From Prasinococcaceae sp. CCMP 1430 (Eukaryota > Plantae > Prasinodermophyta), in assembly GCA_013416795.1 (NCBI GenBank), contig RQSC01000011.1, positions 298,721 to 362,720 of the forward strand: 64,000 bases of DNA, in the 5' to 3' direction. A model generated the notes under the pieces. That model worked only from the letters and a program-made list of their open reading frames with translations. It had not been told where the DNA came from and ran no database searches. Both the position numbers and the translations under genes were made by a program. Shown one piece after another: positions 58,826 to 64,000 of the stretch (position 1 is its first letter; each line of letters starts with the position of its first letter).

Positions 58826-58969
58826 TCACTTGGGCGCGCACGCGTTCTTCTTGAACGTGCAGAGCGTCTTGGCGTCGCCCTGCTTGCACTCCTTCTTGTT
58901 CTTGGCGGCCTTGCACAGCTTCCTGACGGCCTTTTTGGAGAGCTCGGACTCGTCGGTCTTCTTCGACTT
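58826..58969 (-). pseudogene. Orphan third copy of the Lys-rich 4-Cys tail of the RCC1-repeat genes
   Basis: KSKKTDESELSKKAVRKLCKAAKNKKECKQGDAKTLCTFKKNACAPK* with no RCC1 repeats upstream. Confidence 0.75.
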
Positions 58970-59599
58970 AGGCCGAGCGTTGCGTTCGCGGCACGAGGGC
59001 GCGCTCCGGCCGCGCGCGCGCGAGCGAGGATCTCGGAACGTTCCCTTCCTTCCTTCTTTCCTTCCCTGGCTCGTCGCACCTCGCGCGATCCGCTCCGCCC
59101 GGACCGCGCGCGGGGAGGGGCCGGACCGCGCGCGCGGAGAGTGAACTGGTTGCGAACCACCGACCGAAGGGGGGAATCGCAGAAACGGGCGAGCGCGTCC
59201 AGGCCACCGCGCGGAAACCGCGGACCCTGGAAACGACCCACCGACGGGGGACTCGGCGCAGACGTATGGCCCCCGTCTGGCTGGCTGGACCGCGAAGCCC
59301 GGTCACAGTGGCGTCGTCAAGTTAAGGTCTGGACGATGAGAGGGTTTACGTACTGTATGCGACGGCGCGACGGCGACGGCCAATGCACAGCCTGCGCTTC
59401 GGCAGCGCGGAGCGGCGACTCGCTCTGCGCCCTTGGGCGCCTCTCCTCGCGCGCATCCTCGCGGTTTTACGAGGCAGGCGCGGGAGACTATGACTATAGC
59501 AGAGTGGAGGCGATTCGAGTGTGATGAGTTGTCAGCGCCAGTGCGCGCTCGAGCGAGGCGTGGGTGTCGACCGCCTTTCGGCGGCGTCTCCCCCCACGT

Positions 59600-62161
59600 T
59601 CACCTGGGCCTGCACGCGTTGTTCTTGAATGTGCAGAGCTTCTTGGCGTCGCCCTGCTTGCACTCCTTCTTGTTCCTGGCGGCCTTGCACAGCTTCTTGA
59701 TGGCCTTTGTGGAGAGCTCGGACTCGTCGGTCTTCTTCGACTTCTCCTTCTTCTTGTTCTTCTTCTTCTTGCCGGTGGGCTCCTCGTCCTCTTCGGGAGG
59801 AGGCGACGGCGAGCCGGAGGGCTTGGACTTGCCGGCCAAGAAGAACAAGAAGAAGAACGAGAAAAAGAACAGGAACGGCCCGGGCGACGACGCGCCTGGC
59901 AGAGTGATGTCGAGGGCCGGCGCTGTTGCGTCGTCGAACAGGCCATCCGCATCTTCGGCGGACTGGGCGGACGTCGAGGACTCGCTGCCCTCGAACCGCG
60001 GGCCGTGCAGGCAGACCGGCACCAGCAGTGCTGGGGTCGTCTAGATCGCGCCGTCCTCCCGGGCGACGCCGCACGTGTGAGCCGCTCCGGCGCTCACGGA
60101 GGACCACGCACCCGCGCCGCTCGGCACGTCCGTCTGGCCGTCGGCGTCGCGCCCCCAACAGCGCATCGCGCCGTCGTCCCGGCTGACGCCGCACGTGTGC
60201 CAGTCCCCTGCGCTCACCGAGGACCACGCGCCCGCGCCGCTCGGCGCGTCCGCCTGGCCGTCGTCGTTGGACCCCCAGCAGTGAATCGCGCCGTCGGCCT
60301 GCGCGACGCCGCACGTGTGAAAGTATCCTGCGCTCACCGAGGACCACGCGCCCACGCCGCTCGGCACCTCCGTCTTGCCAAAGCCGCTGCGTCCCCAGCA
60401 GTGCAGCGCGCCGTCGGCCAGCGCGACGCCGCAGGTGTGGAAGGTTCCGGCGCTCACGGAGGACCAAGAGGACCACGCGCTCACAGTGCTGGGCACGTCG
60501 CTCTGGCCGAAGAGATTCCACCCCCAGCAGCGGAGCGCGCCGTCGGCCCGCGCGACGCCGCACGTGTGGGCCCCTCCGGCGCTCACGGAGGACCACGCGC
60601 GGACGGCGCTCGGCACGTCCGCCTGGCCCGCGTAGTTGGACCCCCAGCACTGGAGCGCGCCGTCGGCCCGCGCGACGCCGCACGTGTGGGAGAGTCCGGC
60701 GCTCACGGAGGACCAGGTGTTGTCGCGCCCCGCATCGTGCGGCACGTGAACGTAGCCGTCGTGGCCCCAGCAGAGGCCCCAGCAGCGCAGCTCGCCGTCG
60801 GCGTGCGCGAGGCCGCACGTGTGCGAGCGCCCGGCGCTCACGGAGTGCGGTGTGGCATCCACAACGAGGGGCGGCGGAGAGTTCGGGTTGTTGGGCGGCG
60901 GGTTTTGAAGAGGCGGGCTCGACGGAGGCGGGCTCGACGGAGGCGGGCTCGACGGCGGCGGGCTCGACGGAGGCGGGCTCGACGGCGGCGGGCTCGACGG
61001 CGGGCTGGCCGCCGGCGGAGGACTCGTCGGCGGGCTCGGCGGCAGCCAGCTCGGCACGTCCGTCTGGCCGTATTCGCCGTCGCCCCAGCAGTAAATCGCG
61101 CCGTCGTCCCGGGAGACGCCGCACGTGAAGTACGACCCGACGCTCACGGAGGACCACGCGCTCACGTTGCTCGGCACGTCCGTCTGGCCGTTGCCATTGA
61201 GTCCCCAGCAGAGCAGCGCGCCGTCGGCCTGCGCGATGCCGCACGTGTGCCATTCCCTGGTGCTTACCGAGGACCACGCACTCACAACGACCGGCACGTC
61301 CGTCTGGCCCTCGCCGTTAGATCCCCAGCAGTGCAGCGCGCCGTCGTCCAGCGCGATGCCGCACGTGTGGTACATTCCGGCGCTCACGGACGACCACGCG
61401 CTCACGTCACTCGGCACGTCCGCCTGGCCGTAGTCGTCGTAGTCAGAGGGGGATCCCCAGCAGCGCATCGCGCCGTCAGCCTGCGCGATGCCGCAGGTGT
61501 GGTACATTCCGGTGCTCACGGACGACCACGCGCCCACGCCGCTCGGCACGTCCGTCTGCCCGTCGGTGTTCGATCCCAAGCAGTGCAGCGCGCCGTCGGC
61601 CTGCGCGATGCCGCACGAGTGGAACAGAGATGGGCTCACGGAGGACCACGCGCCCACGCCGCTCGGCACGACCCCTTCGCCGTACATGTTATACCTCCAG
61701 CAGTACAGCGCAGAGTCCGCCCGCGCGATGCCGCACGTGGCGTAGGCGCCGGCGCTGACGGAGGACCACGCGCTCACATTGCTCGGCATCGGAATGTGCT
61801 CGTACTCGGAGACGTAGTAGTAGGTGGAGTCGGACGGTTCAATTTCTGGCCAGCAGCGCAACTCCCCGTCGGCGTGCGCGAGGCCACACGCGTGGAACGA
61901 TCCGACGCTCACGGAGTACGGCGGCTCTGAGTCCGAGTCCGAGGCGGCGGTTAGCTCTGAGTCCGAGTCCGAGGCGGCGGTTAGCTCTGAGCCCGAGTCC
62001 GAGGCGGCGGTTAGCTCTGAGTCCGAGTCCGAGGCGGCGGTTAGCTCTGAGTCCGAGTCCGAGGCGGCGGCGGCGCCGTTGAGGCCCGGTGCGAGCGCCG
62101 CCGCGCATGTCGCGAGGAGCAGCAGCTTGTTGGTTGTTGCGAGGGGGGGTGGAGGGGGCAT
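59600..62161 (-). CDS. Secreted RCC1/BLIP-II-like repeat protein, copy B; premature TAG at 60041-60043 is produced by complemented block 2
   Basis: MPPPPPLATTNKLLLLATCAAALA signal; SD repeats; RCC1-like units; SPPP linker; tail 59600-60022 is in the same frame as the main ORF. Confidence 0.88.
59997..60041. other. Complemented-but-not-reversed block 2
   Basis: Base-by-base complement of 31004-31048 in copy A at 45/45 positions, with matching colinear flanks; restores YCWGRDDHGQTDVPGA. Confidence 0.97.
61925..62070 (-). repeat. 30-nt tandem repeat (about 5 units) encoding ASDSDSELTA
   Basis: GAGTCCGAGTCCGAGGCGGCGGTTAGCTCT repeated on the + strand. Confidence 0.92.
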
Positions 62162-62564
62162 GTTTTTGTTTCGCAGGACGCGACGAGGCCCTGGTCGGTT
62201 GGGCGGAGGATGAGGCGTGAGAGGGGGGGGAGGGCGGAGTGGGAAGGCGGTCAGGGGCAGCTCGACCGTGCAAGCTCTACGAGCGGCAGCGCTGCCTGAA
62301 ACCGAGCAGGCCGTAGGCGGCCTTGTACGATATGAATGCGGACACACACTAGCAAAAGCCAGCAAAAACATGTACACGAAAACTGATGTCACACTTGCCT
62401 CGAGCACATAGCCAGACCATGCGCGGCCGGCGCACCGCCCGCGACCCGCCTGCTGTAGGCGGCGAGGCGGGGGGAGGGACTCGCTGGCTCATCGCGAGCG
62501 CCACACGCGCTCTCGGTCGCGCCCTCGCGGCCGGGACGCGCGCGCGCACAGGGGCGGGGGGGCG

Positions 62565-62840
62565 ATGGCGCCAGCGGGGGGCGCTGCAACCCCCGCCGCG
62601 ACCCCGAAAGCGATCGCGATCGCGACCACGCCAGCGCCCGCGACGACGCCCGCCCCCGGCCTGGTGGACGCTCGTGCGGCGCAGCCGGGGGCTCCTCGGC
62701 TCGCGATTGGGGCCGCCGTCGTGGAGCTCAAGCTGTGGCTACACCGCTTCGTCAACGTGGACCTCTTCGAGCAAGGATGGTACGCCTTCCGCATCTCGGC
62801 GAGCGCGGATGCAGCGAATCACGCCACCGGTGGCAGCGGC
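62565..62840 (+). pseudogene. FAM135-like (putative lipase family) N-terminal fragment truncated at the single N (62841)
   Basis: VELKLWLHRFVNVDLFEQGWYAFRIS matches the FAM135 N-terminal motif (F.N.DLFQ.G.Y.I); nothing recognisable of the gene follows the N. Confidence 0.7.
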
Positions 62841-62841
62841 N

Positions 62842-64000
62842 GGCGGGCTCGGAGGCGGGCTCGAGGGGGTCAGATCAAAGACGTACGCGCTGCCGCTATC
62901 GTCGCCGCCGTCGTTGTCCTCCCTATCAGCGCCCACCAGCGCGTAGTAGCCCGAGAGCGCCACGCTGACGCCGAAGTAGTCATCCGCCGCGGCGTCGCTT
63001 GCCACCAGCTTGGCGTGCTGCGACCACGACGTCCCCGACCGCAGGAAGACGTACGCGCTGCCGCTGTCGTCGCCGCCGACGGCGTCGTAAGGAACGCCCA
63101 CCAGCGCGTAGTCGCCCGAGAGTGCCACGCTTGTGCCGAAGTTGTCATACTCCGCGCCGTCGCTGGCCAACAGCTTGGCCTGCTGCGACCACGAGGTCCC
63201 CGACCGCACGAAGACGTACGCGCTGCCGCTGGCGGAGCCGTCAAAAGGGGCGCCAACCAGCGCGTAGTCGCTAGAGAGCGCCACGCTGGTGCCGAACTCG
63301 TCATTCGCCGCGCCATCGCTGGCCACCAGCTTGGCCTGCTGCAACCACGACGTCCCATTGCGAACGAACACGTACGCGCTGCCGCTGTTGGAGCCACTGT
63401 CGTCGTCGTGGGGAGCGCCCACCAGCGCGTAGTCGCCCGAGAGCGCCACGCTGACGCCAAAGCGGTCGTCGTACGTGCCGTCGTCGGCCATAAGCTTGGC
63501 CTGCTGCGACCACGACGTCCCCGAACGCACGAACACGTACGCGCTGACAGGGTTGCCGTCGTTCCACCAAGCGCCAACCAGCGCGTAGTCGCCCGAGAGC
63601 GCCACGCTGGCGCCGAAGTTGTCAGATCGGCGCCGCAGCGACCGTTGGTCGAACCGGACGACGCTGGTGCTGCAGGGGCTGGGCACGAACACGTACGCGC
63701 TGCCGCTCTCGTCGCCGCCGTCGTCGTCATATAGAGCGCCCACCAGCGCGTGGTCGCCCGAGAGCGCCACGCTCCAGCCGAAGGCGTCACCCGCCGCGGC
63801 GTCGCTGGCCACCAGCTTGGCCTGCTGGGACCACGACGTCCCATTGCGCACGAACACGTACGCGCTGCCGCTGTAGGGGCCGCCGTCCTCGTCTGAATAA
63901 GCGCCCACCAGCGCGTAGTCGCCCGAGAGCGCCACGCTGGTGCCAAAGTAGTCAGCGTCCGTGGCGTCGTTGGCCACCAGCTTGAACTGGTTCGGCGGTC
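62842..64000 (-). CDS. FG-GAP repeat (7-blade propeller-like) extracellular protein, partial at both ends
   Basis: Seven KL.A.D....D.FG.SVALSGDYALVGA...GSAYVF units, then SSPPPSP up to the N; frame is open to the window end. Confidence 0.9.
63627..63682. other. Complemented-but-not-reversed block 3
   Basis: PSPCSTSVVRFDQRSLRRR replaces the repeat consensus; its complement reads RSGTSWSQQAKLVASDAAA and nearly matches the neighbouring repeat at ~62987-63040. Confidence 0.95.

Noticed and set aside
62162-62407. N-terminal extension of RCC1 copy B in the ORF track
   Set aside because: It starts at a non-ATG codon; the ATG at 62161 directly precedes a signal peptide.

Overview
GC-rich, gene-dense, intron-containing eukaryotic DNA from a draft assembly (four N-gaps, three single-N joins). 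Gene content (nuclear plastid-type ENR, LeuB, SecG, DnaJ-like Zn finger; EMSY-like; HD-Zip-like) and short GTGCG...YAG introns point to a prasinophyte-grade green alga (inference). About 30 protein-coding genes or fragments are supportable, many only after splicing, including profilin, NCBP2, TPP, MO25, KRR1, LEO1, CAP-D3, tafazzin and CLC. The most striking signal is three short blocks (31761-31830, 59997-60041, 63627-63682) that are the base-by-base COMPLEMENT WITHOUT REVERSAL of the sequence their genes should contain. The first two match the paralog exactly (70/70 and 45/45 by hand alignment), and re-complementing each block restores the RCC1 or FG-GAP repeat and removes a premature stop. 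No known polymerase does this, so a gap-filling artefact is the default explanation and raw reads must be checked. Biologically notable items: a nuclear cyanobacterial-type SecG, centriole/cilium genes (C2CD3, WDPCP/Fritz, an isolated CEP104-type Zn-finger array), a homeodomain with a leucine zipper, a PDX2 N-terminal fragment inside the KRR1 tail, secreted beta-propeller proteins with a Lys-rich 4-Cys tail, and an EF-hand/TM/extensin-like membrane protein. No rRNA, tRNA, CRISPR array or transposase was recognised.
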